Under the pieces are notes generated by a model. The model made no database searches. It saw nothing but the letters and a program-made list of their open reading frames with translations, and was not told the origin of the DNA. From positions 17,943-81,942 of the forward strand of contig CAYNSY010000005.1 of NCBI GenBank assembly GCA_964400215.1: a DNA stretch of 64,000 nt. Direction: 5' to 3'. Every line of letters begins with the position of its first letter. Positions within the stretch are counted from its first letter, which is position 1. The DNA comes from an uncultured Methylotenera sp. (GTDB lineage: Bacteria > Pseudomonadota > Gammaproteobacteria > Burkholderiales > Methylophilaceae). The translations under genes were made by a program, and so were the position numbers. Shown in pieces: positions 36,106-47,583 of this stretch.

Positions 36106-37431
36106 ATGAATTTAAATACCCTAGTAAAAAGCCTGCTGCTTAATGTGGCTCTGTTGATTAGCGCCGTCAGTGCGCAAGCGGCCGTTAACATCCAACACTG
36201 GCAAACCAGCAGTGGAGCGGACGTGTATTTTGTGGAAAATCACGATTTACCCATGGTGGATTTGAGTGTTAACTTTGCCGCCGGCAGTGCCCGCGACACG
36301 CCAGAAAAATCCGGCTTGGCGGCCATCACTCGCTACATGATGACCTTAGGCGCGGCCGGCATGAGCGATGAAGTGATTGCTAACAAACTGGCCGACGTGG
36401 GCGCCGTATTGGGCGGTGAATTTGACGGCGATAGGGCGGCGCTCAAGCTACGTACATTGAGCAGTGAGCGTGAACAAAAGCAAGCGCTGGAGGTGTTTGC
36501 GAAAATACTGCAAAAACCGGATTTCCCGGCGGCGGTGTTTACTCGCGAAAAAGCCCGCATTATTTCAGGTTTGGAAGAATCGGCCACCCAGCCAGAAAGC
36601 ATCTCCAGTAAAGCCTTTGCCAGCGCTTTGTTTGGTACGCACCCCTACAGTCTGGATGAAAGCGGCGAGGTGGCAACGGTGGCCAAACTTGCTGTGACGG
36701 ATTTGCAAGCGTTTTATCGGCAATATTACCGTGCTAATGGCGCGGTGATTGCCATGATGGGCGATTTGAGCCGTGCCCAAGCCGAAGTCATGGCCGAAAC
36801 CTTGGCCAGCGGATTGCCCACGGGCCCGGCTAACCCAGCCATTGCCGCCGTGTCTTACCCGACCCAGCCGGTCACCAAACGCATAGCCCACCCGGCCTCG
36901 CAATCGCATATTTTATTGGGTTATCCCGGCATTAAGCGTGGCGACCCGGATCTATTTCCTTTGTATTTAGGCAATTATGTTTTGGGTGGCGGTGGGTTTG
37001 TTTCGCGTTTAACCGAGGAGGTTAGGGAAAAACGCGGCTTGGTCTACAGCGTATACAGTTACTTCATGCCCATGGCTGAGCTGGGCGCATTTCAAATAGG
37101 CTTGCAAACCAAAAAAGAGCAAGCCGACGAGGCCTTGCAGTTGGTCAACAGCACCTTGGCCACCTTCCTAGAAAAAGGCGTAACCGAGGCCGAATTGAAA
37201 GCGGCTAAGGCCAATATCATTGGTGGCTTCCCCATGCGCATAGACAGTAATAGCAAAATTTTGGATTACTTGGCGGTCATCGGCTTCTATAAATTGCCGC
37301 TCAATTACCTGGACGAATACAACAGCAAAGTGGCCAGTGTGACGGCGGCGCAAATCAAAGACGCGTTTAATCGGCGCTTAAAACTAGAAAATTTTGTCAC
37401 GGTGATTGTGGGCGCGCCTAATACTCAGTAA
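36106..37431 (+). CDS. M16-family peptidase-like protein without the HxxEH motif (non-catalytic partner)
   Basis: It has M16 fold signatures but no HxxEH, has a signal peptide, and lies in tandem with the active subunit. Confidence 0.8.
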   Translation: MNLNTLVKSLLLNVALLISAVSAQAAVNIQHWQTSSGADVYFVENHDLPMVDLSVNFAAGSARDTPEKSGLAAITRYMMTLGAAGMSDEVIANKLADVGAVLGGEFDGDRAALKLRTLSSEREQKQALEVFAKILQKPDFPAAVFTREKARIISGLEESATQPESISSKAFASALFGTHPYSLDESGEVATVAKLAVTDLQAFYRQYYRANGAVIAMMGDLSRAQAEVMAETLASGLPTGPANPAIAAVSYPTQPVTKRIAHPASQSHILLGYPGIKRGDPDLFPLYLGNYVLGGGGFVSRLTEEVREKRGLVYSVYSYFMPMAELGAFQIGLQTKKEQADEALQLVNSTLATFLEKGVTEAELKAAKANIIGGFPMRIDSNSKILDYLAVIGFYKLPLNYLDEYNSKVASVTAAQIKDAFNRRLKLENFVTVIVGAPNTQ

Positions 37432-37495
37432 TATCGGCCTCGTGCAATCTTGCACGCTATGCATAACAACGCATTCACAAGGCTGGAAATACGCA

Positions 37496-38843
<1,348 letters not shown>

Positions 38844-38852
38844 AGGATCGCT

Positions 38853-39242
38853 ATGCGCATGCTACATACCATGCTCCGTGTTGGAAATATGGAGCGCTCG
38901 ATAGAATTTTATACCAAGGTGCTGGGCATGAAAGTGCTGCGCCAACACGATTTTCCGGAGGGAAAATTCAGCCTGGCATTTGTTGGCTACGGCGATGAAG
39001 CCCAGCATACGGTGTTGGAGCTTACCTACAATTACGGTGTGGAAAGTTATGACATGGGCAAAGCCTACGGTCACATTGCCTTGGAAGTGGACGACGCGGC
39101 CAAAGCCTGCGAGGCCGTGCGCAAAGCCGGAGGTAAGGTGGTGCGTGAAGCAGGCCCTATGATGCATGGCACGACCGTGATTGCCTTTGTGGAAGATCCG
39201 GATGGCTATAAGGTGGAGTTCATCCAGGCCGGCACCTATTAA
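38853..39242 (+). CDS. gloA: Lactoylglutathione lyase (glyoxalase I)
   Basis: [45 protein letters not shown]. Confidence 0.92.
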   Translation: MRMLHTMLRVGNMERSIEFYTKVLGMKVLRQHDFPEGKFSLAFVGYGDEAQHTVLELTYNYGVESYDMGKAYGHIALEVDDAAKACEAVRKAGGKVVREAGPMMHGTTVIAFVEDPDGYKVEFIQAGTY

Positions 39243-39244
39243 GC

Positions 39245-39490
39245 ATGGATGGTGCTTGGGTTTTATACCTATTGCTATGCAAAAATGGCGCCTATTACGC
39301 CGGCATCACCAATGATTTAGATGCCAGGTATGCCGCCCACCTTGCGGGTAAAGGCGCCAGGTATACCCGAGCCAACCCACCCATCAAAATCCTGGCCAGC
39401 AAATCTTATCTGAATCGCTCCACTGCTAGCGTTGCCGAAGCCCGGTTGAAAAAATTACCCCGAGATAAAAAGTTGGATTATTTTGCGTGA
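39245..39490 (+). CDS. Small GIY-YIG nuclease-superfamily protein (UPF0213-like)
   Basis: [34 protein letters not shown] carries the GIY..YIG pattern. Length is 81 aa. Confidence 0.8.
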   Translation: MDGAWVLYLLLCKNGAYYAGITNDLDARYAAHLAGKGARYTRANPPIKILASKSYLNRSTASVAEARLKKLPRDKKLDYFA

Positions 39491-39725
39491 GGACTTACTT
39501 AAAGCCGTGCAATTGGCCTTAGCCGATGACTGGCATGCTGCACATAAGTTGGCGCAGCAACACCAAGATCCGATGGCCAATTGGTTGCACGCGGTGCTGC
39601 ATAAAATCGAAGGGGATGCTTGGAACAGCCAGTATTGGTATGCCAAAACGAATGGCATGAGCTACGAGCGTTACGACGATGCCAGAGAAGAGTTGCAGGC
39701 TATTGCTAGGGAATTAGCGCTTTAA
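39483..39725 (+). CDS. Hypothetical 80-aa protein (TTG start, overlaps the GIY-YIG stop by 8 nt)
   Basis: The ORF is helical and Trp/His-rich ([39 protein letters not shown]). I recognise no family. Confidence 0.4.
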   Translation: MREDLLKAVQLALADDWHAAHKLAQQHQDPMANWLHAVLHKIEGDAWNSQYWYAKTNGMSYERYDDAREELQAIARELAL

Positions 39726-39753
39726 TTAGACGCCGATAGATGCAAAAAAGCGT

Positions 39754-39787
39754 TCAGCACAGATGCCGCATGCGGCATCTGTGCTGA
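39754..39787. terminator. 34-bp perfect palindrome; bidirectional terminator between ORF 39483-39725 and dnaJ
   Basis: TCAGCACAGATGCCGCA|TGCGGCATCTGTGCTGA, flanked by an A-run upstream and GTTTT downstream. Confidence 0.7.
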
Positions 39788-39800
39788 GATGTTTTAAACA

Positions 39801-40922
39801 TTAATCAAAAAAATCTTTAACTTTATTCATCCACGATTTATTGCGTGGGCTGTGTTTGCCTGAATCCGCTTGGGTGCTGGTTTCAAACTCGCGTAATAAG
39901 TCTTTTTGTTTTTCCGTTAATTTAACCGGTGTTTCAACCACCACGTGCACCATCAAGTCGCCGTGTTCGGATTGACGTAGCGGTTTGATGCCTTTGCCAC
40001 GCAATCTAAATACCGCGCCGGTTTGGGTCTCGGCCGGGATTTTCATTTTGGCTGAGCCGTCCAAGGTGGGCACTTCAATTTCGCCCCCCAAAGCGGCGTT
40101 GCTAAAGCTGATGGGCATCTCGCAATGTAAATTGCCGCCTTCCCGTTGGAAAATGGCGTGTTCTTTGAGGTGTATCACCACGTACAAGTCACCGGTAGGT
40201 CCACCGTTCACGCCGGCTTCGCCTTCGCCGCTTAATCGTATTCTGTCGCCTTCGTCCACACCGGCTGGAATTTTGACCGATAAAGTTTTATTTTGCTTGG
40301 TGCGGCCTGCGCCATGGCAAGTTGGGCAAGGGTCTTTGACCATTTTGCCGCTACCGTGGCATTTCGGGCAGGTTTGTTGCACCGAGAAGAAGCCTTGTTG
40401 CATGCGTACTTGGCCGTGGCCACCGCAGGTGGTACAGCTGACTGGTTGTGTGCCTGGTCTAGCGCCAGAGCCATTGCAGGTTTCACAAGTCGATTGCACA
40501 GGGATGCGGATTTTAGTTTCCGTGCCCTTGGCGGCGTCCTCTAAGGACACTTCCATGTTGTAGCGCAAATCGGCACCACGGTAGACTTTATTGGCTTGCC
40601 CGCCTGAGCGGCCGCCACCAAAAATGTCACCAAAAATGTCACCAAATGCGTCACCAAAGCCTGCGCCACCAAACCCGCCTGCACCAGCGCCTTGCTCAAC
40701 ACCGGCGTGACCGTATTGGTCATAAGCGGCACGCTTTTGCTCGTCGCTTAACATTTCGTAAGCTTCTTTGGCTTCCTTGAAGTTTTCTTCGGCTTTCGGG
40801 TTGTCTGGGTTGCGATCGGGGTGATGTTTCATCGCTAATTTGCGATAAGACTTTTTGATCTCCTCTGCGCTGGCATCTTTGTTGACGCCCAGTACTTCGT
40901 AATAATCTCTTTTGCTTGCCAT
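39801..40922 (-). CDS. dnaJ: Molecular chaperone DnaJ
   Basis: J-domain with HPD (KHHPDRNP), a G/F-rich region, and four CxxCxGxG zinc-finger repeats. Confidence 0.97.
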   Translation of the reverse strand: MASKRDYYEVLGVNKDASAEEIKKSYRKLAMKHHPDRNPDNPKAEENFKEAKEAYEMLSDEQKRAAYDQYGHAGVEQGAGAGGFGGAGFGDAFGDIFGDIFGGGRSGGQANKVYRGADLRYNMEVSLEDAAKGTETKIRIPVQSTCETCNGSGARPGTQPVSCTTCGGHGQVRMQQGFFSVQQTCPKCHGSGKMVKDPCPTCHGAGRTKQNKTLSVKIPAGVDEGDRIRLSGEGEAGVNGGPTGDLYVVIHLKEHAIFQREGGNLHCEMPISFSNAALGGEIEVPTLDGSAKMKIPAETQTGAVFRLRGKGIKPLRQSEHGDLMVHVVVETPVKLTEKQKDLLREFETSTQADSGKHSPRNKSWMNKVKDFFD

Positions 40923-40973
40923 AATGATAGTCGCTAGTTTGTAGTCGTTGGTCGGAAGTCGTTAGTGGGTAGC

Positions 40974-41009
40974 GAAAAAGTCGTTAGCACCGGAAAAGAC
41001 GCTAACGAC
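40974..41009 (-). terminator. Hairpin plus U5 between dnaK and dnaJ (partial terminator or attenuator)
   Basis: On the minus strand, GTCGTTAGC-12 nt-GCTAACGAC is followed by TTTTT. Confidence 0.6.
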
Positions 41010-41037
41010 TCGTGACCACATACTAAGTATGACTTTT

Positions 41038-42960
41038 TTAGTCTTTTTTCACTTCCTCAAACTCTGCATCCACCACATCGCCATCGACGGTTTTTTCGCC
41101 TTCTGCTGGCTGGGCAGATTCGGTGTTGGCTTGAGCTTGTTGCTCAGCGTAGACTTTCTCGCCCAGTTTTTGTGAGGCTTCGGTTAAGGCCGTGGTTTTG
41201 GCTTCTATGGCTTCTTTGTCATCCGATTGCAATACCTCTTCCACGTCTTTAATGGCTGCTTCTATCGCTTCTTTTTCCGCCGCATCCAATTTGTCACCGT
41301 GCTCACTCAAGGATTTTTTCACGGAGTGCACCATGCCATCGGCGGCATTACGTGCATCCACCAATTCGCGGTATTTTTTATCTTCGTCCGCGTATTTAAT
41401 TGCGTCCTCTTCCATTTGCTGAATCTCAGCTTCGCTAAGGCCGCTGTTGGCTTTGATGGTAATTTTATTTTCTTTACCGGTGGCTTTGTCTTTAGCGCTG
41501 ACGTGCAGAATCCCGTTAGCATCGATGTCAAAGGTCACTTCAATTTGAGGTACGCCACGCGGTGCCGGTGGAATGTCGCTTAAATTAAATTGGCCCAAGG
41601 ATTTGTTCGCTGCCGCTTTTTCACGCTCACCTTGCAAGACTTGGATGGTCACTGCATTTTGGTTATCGTCCGCGGTAGAGAAGGTTTGTGATGCCTTGGT
41701 CGGGATGGTGGTGTTTTTCTTAATCACTTTAGTCATCACGCCGCCCAAGGTTTCAATGCCTAGAGACAATGGGGTGACATCCAATAGCAGCACGTCTTTC
41801 ACGTCGCCTTGCAATACGCCACCTTGAATCGCTGCACCGACCGCTACCGCTTCATCTGGGTTAACGTCTTTACGTGGCTCTTTACCAAAGATTTCTTTCA
41901 CTTTTTCTTGCACTTTAGGCATGCGGCTTTGACCGCCGACTAAAATCACATCGGTGATGTCATCAATGGACACGCCCGCGTCTTTAATCGCCGTGCGGCA
42001 TGGTGCCATGGTGCGCTCGATCAAGTCTTCGACTAGGGATTCCAGTTTGGCACGCGTGATTTTTACCACCAAGTGTTTAGGGCCAGTGGCATCAGCCGTG
42101 ATGTAAGGTAAATTCACTTCGGTTTGGGTGGCGCCAGACAATTCAATTTTGGCTTTTTCCGCCGCTTCTTTTAAGCGTTGTTTAGCCAATAAGTCGTTGC
42201 GCAAATCCATGCCGTTATTTTCTTTCTTGAACTCGTCGGCCAAGAAGTCAATTAAACGGTTGTCGAAGTCTTCACCACCTAAGAAGGTGTCACCGTTGGT
42301 AGACAACACTTCAAATTGGTGTTCGCCATCGATGCTGGAAATTTCAATGATGGACACGTCAAAGGTGCCGCCGCCCAAGTCGTATACGGCAATTTTGCGA
42401 TCGCCTTCTTGTTTATCCAAACCAAATGCCAAAGCCGCTGCAGTCGGTTCGTTGATGATGCGTTTTACATCTAAACCGGCAATGCGGCCTGCGTCTTTGG
42501 TGGCTTGACGTTGGCTGTCGTTAAAGTAAGCCGGCACGGTAATCACCGCTTCGGTTACTTCTTCACCCAAGTAATCTTCGGCGGTTTTTTTCATTTTGCG
42601 TAAGACTTCAGCAGAAATTTGTGGCGGTGCCATTTTCACGCCGCGCACTTCTACCCAAGCATCGCCGTTATCGGCTTTGGCTATGCTGTACGGCATCAAG
42701 CCTATGTCTTTTTGCACTTCTTTTTCATCAAAACGGCGGCCAATTAAACGCTTAACCGCGTACAAGGTGTTTTTTGGGTTGGTTACCGCTTGGCGTTTTG
42801 CCGGTGCGCCGGCTAAGATTTCACCGTCTTCTTGGTAAGCAATAATGGAAGGCGTGGTGCGTGTGCCTTCAGAGTTTTCAATCACGCGCGGTTTGCCGCC
42901 TTCCATCACGGCCACGCATGAGTTTGTGGTGCCTAAGTCTATACCAATGATTTTTGCCAT
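41038..42960 (-). CDS. dnaK: Molecular chaperone DnaK (Hsp70)
   Basis: [18 protein letters not shown].., [10 protein letters not shown], and full length of 640 aa. Confidence 0.98.
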   Translation of the reverse strand: MAKIIGIDLGTTNSCVAVMEGGKPRVIENSEGTRTTPSIIAYQEDGEILAGAPAKRQAVTNPKNTLYAVKRLIGRRFDEKEVQKDIGLMPYSIAKADNGDAWVEVRGVKMAPPQISAEVLRKMKKTAEDYLGEEVTEAVITVPAYFNDSQRQATKDAGRIAGLDVKRIINEPTAAALAFGLDKQEGDRKIAVYDLGGGTFDVSIIEISSIDGEHQFEVLSTNGDTFLGGEDFDNRLIDFLADEFKKENNGMDLRNDLLAKQRLKEAAEKAKIELSGATQTEVNLPYITADATGPKHLVVKITRAKLESLVEDLIERTMAPCRTAIKDAGVSIDDITDVILVGGQSRMPKVQEKVKEIFGKEPRKDVNPDEAVAVGAAIQGGVLQGDVKDVLLLDVTPLSLGIETLGGVMTKVIKKNTTIPTKASQTFSTADDNQNAVTIQVLQGEREKAAANKSLGQFNLSDIPPAPRGVPQIEVTFDIDANGILHVSAKDKATGKENKITIKANSGLSEAEIQQMEEDAIKYADEDKKYRELVDARNAADGMVHSVKKSLSEHGDKLDAAEKEAIEAAIKDVEEVLQSDDKEAIEAKTTALTEASQKLGEKVYAEQQAQANTESAQPAEGEKTVDGDVVDAEFEEVKKD

Positions 42961-43091
42961 TTTCGTTTATTCCTTTTAAAAATTTTTCGTTTGGCCACAA
43001 ATTGAACCGGTGTCTCCCGGGCTGCTGCTAAGTGTTTAGTTAGCTGTTCAGCCAGGTGTTCAGTTAAGTGGCGAATTGTTTGATGGATTTA

Positions 43092-43120
43092 CAATGTGGT
43101 CTATTGCGATTATTTCAAGT
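43092..43120 (-). promoter_or_regulatory. Sigma32-type promoter upstream of dnaK
   Basis: On the minus strand, CTTGAAA-N14-CCACATTG matches the consensus CTTGAAA-N13-14-CCCCATnT. Confidence 0.55.
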
Positions 43121-43147
43121 CTTTTTTGAATTTATCCGTGGCTAAAC

Positions 43148-43681
43148 TTACTTAGCCACCATCACTAATGCTGGGCGTAACACGCGATCGTTCAAGCTGT
43201 AGCCTTTTTGCAAGACGCTGGTCACCGTGTTCGGTTCGCCGCTGTTTTCCAACATGCTGATGGCTTGATGTTTGTTCGGGTCAAATTTTTCGCCTAAGGG
43301 GTTAATCTCGGCAATATTGAATTTATCAAACACCGAGGCCAATTGTTTTGCCGTGAGGTCAACGCCGTCTTTGTAGCTTTGTACTTCTGTCGCTTCTATC
43401 AGTAAGGCCGCATCCAAGCTGTCTTTAACGGCCAACAATTCATTGGAGAATTTTTCTAAAGCAAATTTTCGTGCTTTATCGATGTCGTCCATGGCGCGAC
43501 GGCGGATGTTTTCGCCTTCGGCTTTGATGTATAACACTGCCGCTTGGGCTTCAGCCAGTTGGGCTTCCAATGCAGCAATGCGTTCTTCTGGGCTGGTTTG
43601 AACGGTGTCTTGGGCGATGCCTTGGCTAGCACCCTCGTCCGTGGTTTCCGTTGATGGGCTGTCGTTTGCGTTTTCAGTCAT
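43148..43681 (-). CDS. grpE: Nucleotide exchange factor GrpE
   Basis: Coiled-coil N-terminus, a C-terminal beta domain ([20 protein letters not shown]), and synteny with dnaK. Confidence 0.93.
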   Translation of the reverse strand: MTENANDSPSTETTDEGASQGIAQDTVQTSPEERIAALEAQLAEAQAAVLYIKAEGENIRRRAMDDIDKARKFALEKFSNELLAVKDSLDAALLIEATEVQSYKDGVDLTAKQLASVFDKFNIAEINPLGEKFDPNKHQAISMLENSGEPNTVTSVLQKGYSLNDRVLRPALVMVAK

Positions 43682-43731
43682 GGAGTGTTCCTGTTAATTT
43701 ATTAGCCAATTTATTTAAAACAATGTGACAT

Positions 43732-43759
43732 CAATGGGGATGGCTGACGGAATCTCAAG
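43732..43759 (-). promoter_or_regulatory. Sigma32-type promoter upstream of grpE
   Basis: On the minus strand, CTTGAG-N14-CCCCATTG. Confidence 0.6.
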
Positions 43760-43850
43760 CGAGAAATTTAATTTTTTTTAATTATTTTTTTGCGGTGTAA
43801 AGCAGATGGCTGATTTGCCCAGGCCAGCTGGTTTGCCCAGACCAGCTTGA

Positions 43851-44735
43851 TTAATCGCGGGCTTTGTAGCGGTCGTAGCCCCATAGGTATTGGTGGGGGC
43901 ATTGCAAGATGGTGCGTTCAATTTCGCTGTTAAGCAGGCTGGGGGTGTCTATGCCACCCTCGGCAACCGGTCGCACGTGAATGGCGTAGCCGCGGCCGTA
44001 AGACAAGCGTTCACCAAACACCATGAGCACTTGTGCGCCTGTGGTTCTGGCTAATTTAGAAGCCAGCGTCATGGTGTAAGCGGGCTTGCCAAAAAAAGGC
44101 GCCCATTCGCCATCGCCTTCTTGCGGCGCTTGGTCAGGCAATATGCCTATCGCTTCGCCACGTTGCAGGGCTTTTAATAAGTGTTTGACGCCTTGCGCAT
44201 TGGCTTGCACCAAACTGATTTTGCCGCGTTGGCGGCCCAAGTTCATGATAGGCAACATCCAGGCGTGCCTTGGGCTGCGGTAGAGTACGGTGATGGGAAA
44301 GCGGTCGGCTACATAAAGTGAGGTGATTTCAAAGCAACCTATGTGGGGGCTGAGAAAGATAATGCCTTTGCCGCGGGCGAAAGCTTGGTCTATGTGTTGC
44401 CAGCCATCGAAGCTTTTTACTAAAGCGGTTTGGCGTTTGTCGCTGCGTAACCAGATGGCCAAGCTTTCTAACAAGGCTTTACCTGACTCGCCTATGCTGC
44501 GGCGCGTGGCTTTTTTAAATTCGCCCGGTTGGGGGTATATGCCGCTGGATTGCAAGTTCTCCGCACTGATGCGGGCATGCTGTAGGGATAAGGCCGACCC
44601 AAGCCAGCCTAACAGCTTGCCTAAGCCATGCACTACCGGCAATGGTAATAGGGCAAAGGCCGTCAGCAGTAAACGCAATAAATGAAAACTTAGGTAACGC
44701 ATAATTAGATTATAGCGGAGTCTGGATTGAATCAT
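43851..44735 (-). CDS. Lipid A biosynthesis (LpxL/HtrB-family) acyltransferase
   Basis: N-terminal TM helix, an HX4(D/E)-type motif (SPHIGCFE), and about 290 aa. The start may be the internal MRYLSF (44702). Confidence 0.7.
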   Translation of the reverse strand: MIQSRLRYNLIMRYLSFHLLRLLLTAFALLPLPVVHGLGKLLGWLGSALSLQHARISAENLQSSGIYPQPGEFKKATRRSIGESGKALLESLAIWLRSDKRQTALVKSFDGWQHIDQAFARGKGIIFLSPHIGCFEITSLYVADRFPITVLYRSPRHAWMLPIMNLGRQRGKISLVQANAQGVKHLLKALQRGEAIGILPDQAPQEGDGEWAPFFGKPAYTMTLASKLARTTGAQVLMVFGERLSYGRGYAIHVRPVAEGGIDTPSLLNSEIERTILQCPHQYLWGYDRYKARD

Positions 44736-44859
44736 GGCGATTCTTAATGGTTGATGGCGAGATGCGGGTTTCTAGGGCTTAAGCCATCATTCGTTTGACG
44801 ATGAGGCCTGCATTGAGGATAATTGAGGCAGTTAATCATCCTTAATGGTCTTATAGAAA

Positions 44860-46674
44860 ATGAAGCAATCTCATATAGAAGTTACCGAGCGCATTATCGA
44901 AAAAAGTCGGCCTACCCGCACGGCTTACTTGCATCGCATAGACGATATTGTGAACCGCCAACGTGGTGCCGACAGGCTGGGTTGCGCTAATGTGGCGCAC
45001 GCGTTTGCCGCCATGCCAGCCAACGATAAATTACGCGTGGTGGTCGAAAAAGCCCCCAATATTGGTATCGTGACGGCCTACAATGAGATGCTTTCTGCGC
45101 ATCAACCCTATGTAAATTACCCAGAAATCATACGCAATGAGGCGCATAAACACGGTGCTACTGTGCAAGTGGCGGGTGGTGTGCCGGCCATGTGCGACGG
45201 CATTACCCAAGGCGAACCCGGCATGGAGTTGTCCTTGTTCAGTCGCGACACCATAGCCATGAGCACGGCGATTGCCTTGTCACACGATGTGTTTGACGCG
45301 GCTTTGTTATTGGGTGTGTGCGACAAAATCGTGCCAGGCTTATTAATAGGCGCTTTGCAGTTTGGCCATTTACCCTGTGTGTTTGTGCCGTCTGGCCCGA
45401 TGAGCACCGGCATAGATAATACCGCCAAGTCCAAAGTGCGCGAGCAATATGCTCAAGGTAAAGTGACCCGTAAAGAATTATTGGCGTCCGAATCGGCCGC
45501 CTACCACGGTGCCGGTACCTGTACTTTCTACGGCACGGCCAACAGTAACCAAATGTTGATGGAAGCCATGGGCTTGCATGTGCCAGGCGCTGCCTTTATT
45601 CATCCGCACGACGGTATGCGCGAGTTGTTGACGCGTGAAGCGGTGAAGATGGTCTTGGCTAAAACCAAGAAAGAACAATTCACCCCCATAGGCCGCTTAG
45701 TTGATGAGCACGTTATCGTGAATGCCATGGTGGCCTTGTTGGCGACTGGCGGCTCGACCAACCATCTAATCCATTGGGTGGCTGTCGCTCGTGCGGCTGG
45801 CATCATGATCGACTGGACAGACTTTTACCACTTGGCTAAAACCACGCCTTTATTGGCCAGTGTTTACCCGAACGGCAAAGCCGATGTGAACCAATTCCAA
45901 GATGCCGGTGGCCCTGGTTTCGTCATCCGCGAATTGATTGATGCCGGCTATATGTTCCCCGATGTGTTGACCGTTGCGCACGGCGGCTTGCGTGATTATG
46001 GCAAGGTGCCAGCCAAAGAAAACGAGCAATTGGTTTGGAAAGACTTACCAAAAGAAAGCCCGGACGACAGCATCGTTCGCACCGCTGCGGCGCCGTTTGA
46101 TGAATCCGGCGGCTTGCGTTTGCTGAAAGGCAATTTGGGCCGCAGTGTGATTAAGATTTCAGCCGTGCCGGCCGATCGTCATATCATTGAAGCACCGGCC
46201 ATCGTGTTTGATGCCCAAGAAGAATTGTTGGCCGCTTTTGATCGTGGCGAATTGGAAAAAGATTTCATTGCAGTGGTGCGTTTCCAAGGGCCAAAAGCCA
46301 ATGGCATGCCAGAGTTGCATAAATTAACCCCACCCATGGCTGTATTGCAAAACAAAGGCTTTAGGGTGGCCATTGTTACCGACGGCCGCATGAGTGGCGC
46401 CTCAGGTAAAATTCCTGCCGCCATCCATTTGAGTCCAGAAGCGTCTGCTGGTGGGCCGCTAGCCAAAGTGCGTGACGGCGACATTATTCGCTTGAATGCC
46501 ACGGTGGGCATGGTCAATGTCTTGGTGGATGAAGACGAATGGGCTGAACGTGAAGTGGCGGAATTGTCCGACAGCAAACGCCACAATAACGCCCATGGCT
46601 TTGGGCGTGAATTGTTTGGTGGCATGCGTAAAAATGTGTTGTCGGCTGAAGAGGGCGCCATCACCTGGCTTTAG
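44860..46674 (+). CDS. edd: Phosphogluconate dehydratase (Entner-Doudoroff)
   Basis: The N-terminus VTERIIEKSRPTRTAYL and ..SYNEMLSAHQPY..GGVPAMCDGITQG..GVCDKIVPGL match the Edd-specific pattern rather than IlvD. It is followed by eda. Confidence 0.93.
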   Translation: MKQSHIEVTERIIEKSRPTRTAYLHRIDDIVNRQRGADRLGCANVAHAFAAMPANDKLRVVVEKAPNIGIVTAYNEMLSAHQPYVNYPEIIRNEAHKHGATVQVAGGVPAMCDGITQGEPGMELSLFSRDTIAMSTAIALSHDVFDAALLLGVCDKIVPGLLIGALQFGHLPCVFVPSGPMSTGIDNTAKSKVREQYAQGKVTRKELLASESAAYHGAGTCTFYGTANSNQMLMEAMGLHVPGAAFIHPHDGMRELLTREAVKMVLAKTKKEQFTPIGRLVDEHVIVNAMVALLATGGSTNHLIHWVAVARAAGIMIDWTDFYHLAKTTPLLASVYPNGKADVNQFQDAGGPGFVIRELIDAGYMFPDVLTVAHGGLRDYGKVPAKENEQLVWKDLPKESPDDSIVRTAAAPFDESGGLRLLKGNLGRSVIKISAVPADRHIIEAPAIVFDAQEELLAAFDRGELEKDFIAVVRFQGPKANGMPELHKLTPPMAVLQNKGFRVAIVTDGRMSGASGKIPAAIHLSPEASAGGPLAKVRDGDIIRLNATVGMVNVLVDEDEWAEREVAELSDSKRHNNAHGFGRELFGGMRKNVLSAEEGAITWL

Positions 46675-46837
46675 TAAAATAAAAATTGCGGCGCAATACG
46701 TTGTTGCTCGCCAAAAATCTTCGCTTACATACCACTCGTATGCGGCGCTAAATTTTTTACTCGCGCCTAGTCTTGCATGGCCATTTTTATTTTTCTAAGT
46801 AACTAAAATTTAGATCATTTATTAATTAGGTAAAAAC

Positions 46838-47464
46838 ATGAACACATTAGATTTAGCCAATTACGGCCCCGTTATTCCTGTTATCGTCATCAACCGCGTT
46901 GAAGATGCTGTGCCCATGGCCAGCGCTTTACTAGAAGGTGGCATACGCGTGTTAGAGATTACCTTACGCACCTCTTGTGCTTTAGCCGGCATGGAAGCGA
47001 TTGCGAAAGCCTTGCCTGAAGCGATTATGGGGTCAGGCACGGTGCGCAATATAAAAGATGCGCAAGCGTCCAAAGATGCCGGTTGCCAATTTGCGGTGAG
47101 CCCAGGCTACACCAGTGAGTTAGGCCAAGCCGCGCGCAAAATGGGCTTGCCTTTGTTGCCTGGCGTTTCTACCGGTTCTGAGATCATGATGGCCAATGCC
47201 GACGATTATTATTTCCTAAAATTATTCCCAGCCGTGGCCGTGGGTGGCATCAATTTGCTTAAAGGCTTTTCTGGCCCGTTCGGTGACGTGAAGTTTTGCC
47301 CAACCGGTGGCGTGACGGTGGAAAGTGCACCGCAATTTTTAGCCTTGCCTAATGTGGTGGTTTGCGGCGGTACTTGGTTAACGCCAGCCGATGCGGTGGC
47401 ACGTGGCGATTGGGCGCACATCACTAAATTGGCCAAAGAAGCCAGCGCAATTAAAGCGGCTTAA
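46838..47464 (+). CDS. eda: KDPG/KHG aldolase
   Basis: PVIPVIVI..GGIRVLEITLRT..KLFPA..FCPTGGV. Confidence 0.92.
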   Translation: MNTLDLANYGPVIPVIVINRVEDAVPMASALLEGGIRVLEITLRTSCALAGMEAIAKALPEAIMGSGTVRNIKDAQASKDAGCQFAVSPGYTSELGQAARKMGLPLLPGVSTGSEIMMANADDYYFLKLFPAVAVGGINLLKGFSGPFGDVKFCPTGGVTVESAPQFLALPNVVVCGGTWLTPADAVARGDWAHITKLAKEASAIKAA

Positions 47465-47485
47465 TTTTTTTCTGGTCTGTTAACG

Positions 47486-47528
47486 GGCTTTGCAATCTAG
47501 ACCTGGCTCTAGGGCAAAGCCTTTTTTT
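47486..47528 (+). terminator. Intrinsic terminator after eda
   Basis: GGCTTTGC pairs with GCAAAGCC and is followed by TTTTTTT. The loop contains a CTAG..CTAG sub-hairpin. Confidence 0.75.
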
Positions 47529-47533
47529 ATGAC

Positions 47534-47578
47534 AGCTAGTTTTATGTCACCTAGTTTTATATCACCTAGTTTAGGAAT
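47534..47578 (+). repeat. Three tandem 15-bp direct repeats (a[gc]CTAGTTTTAT[ga]tc) upstream of the HAD gene
   Basis: The copies are agCTAGTTTTATgtc, acCTAGTTTTATatc and acCTAGTTTAGGaat. They end 6 nt before the TTG start at 47584. Confidence 0.6.
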
Positions 47579-47583
47579 GCCTC

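Noticed and set aside
39985-40563. 192-aa plus-strand ORF
   Set aside because: It is antisense to dnaJ. The other short ORFs at 40232-40732 are alternative frames of the Gly/Cys-rich region.
46179-46664. 161-aa minus-strand ORF
   Set aside because: It is antisense to edd.
46675-46837. GC-rich palindromic pieces (ATTGCGGCGCAAT, GCGGCGC motifs) in the edd-eda spacer as a possible REP element or riboswitch
   Set aside because: I could only see short imperfect symmetry and could not define a convincing structure or repeat family from this window alone.
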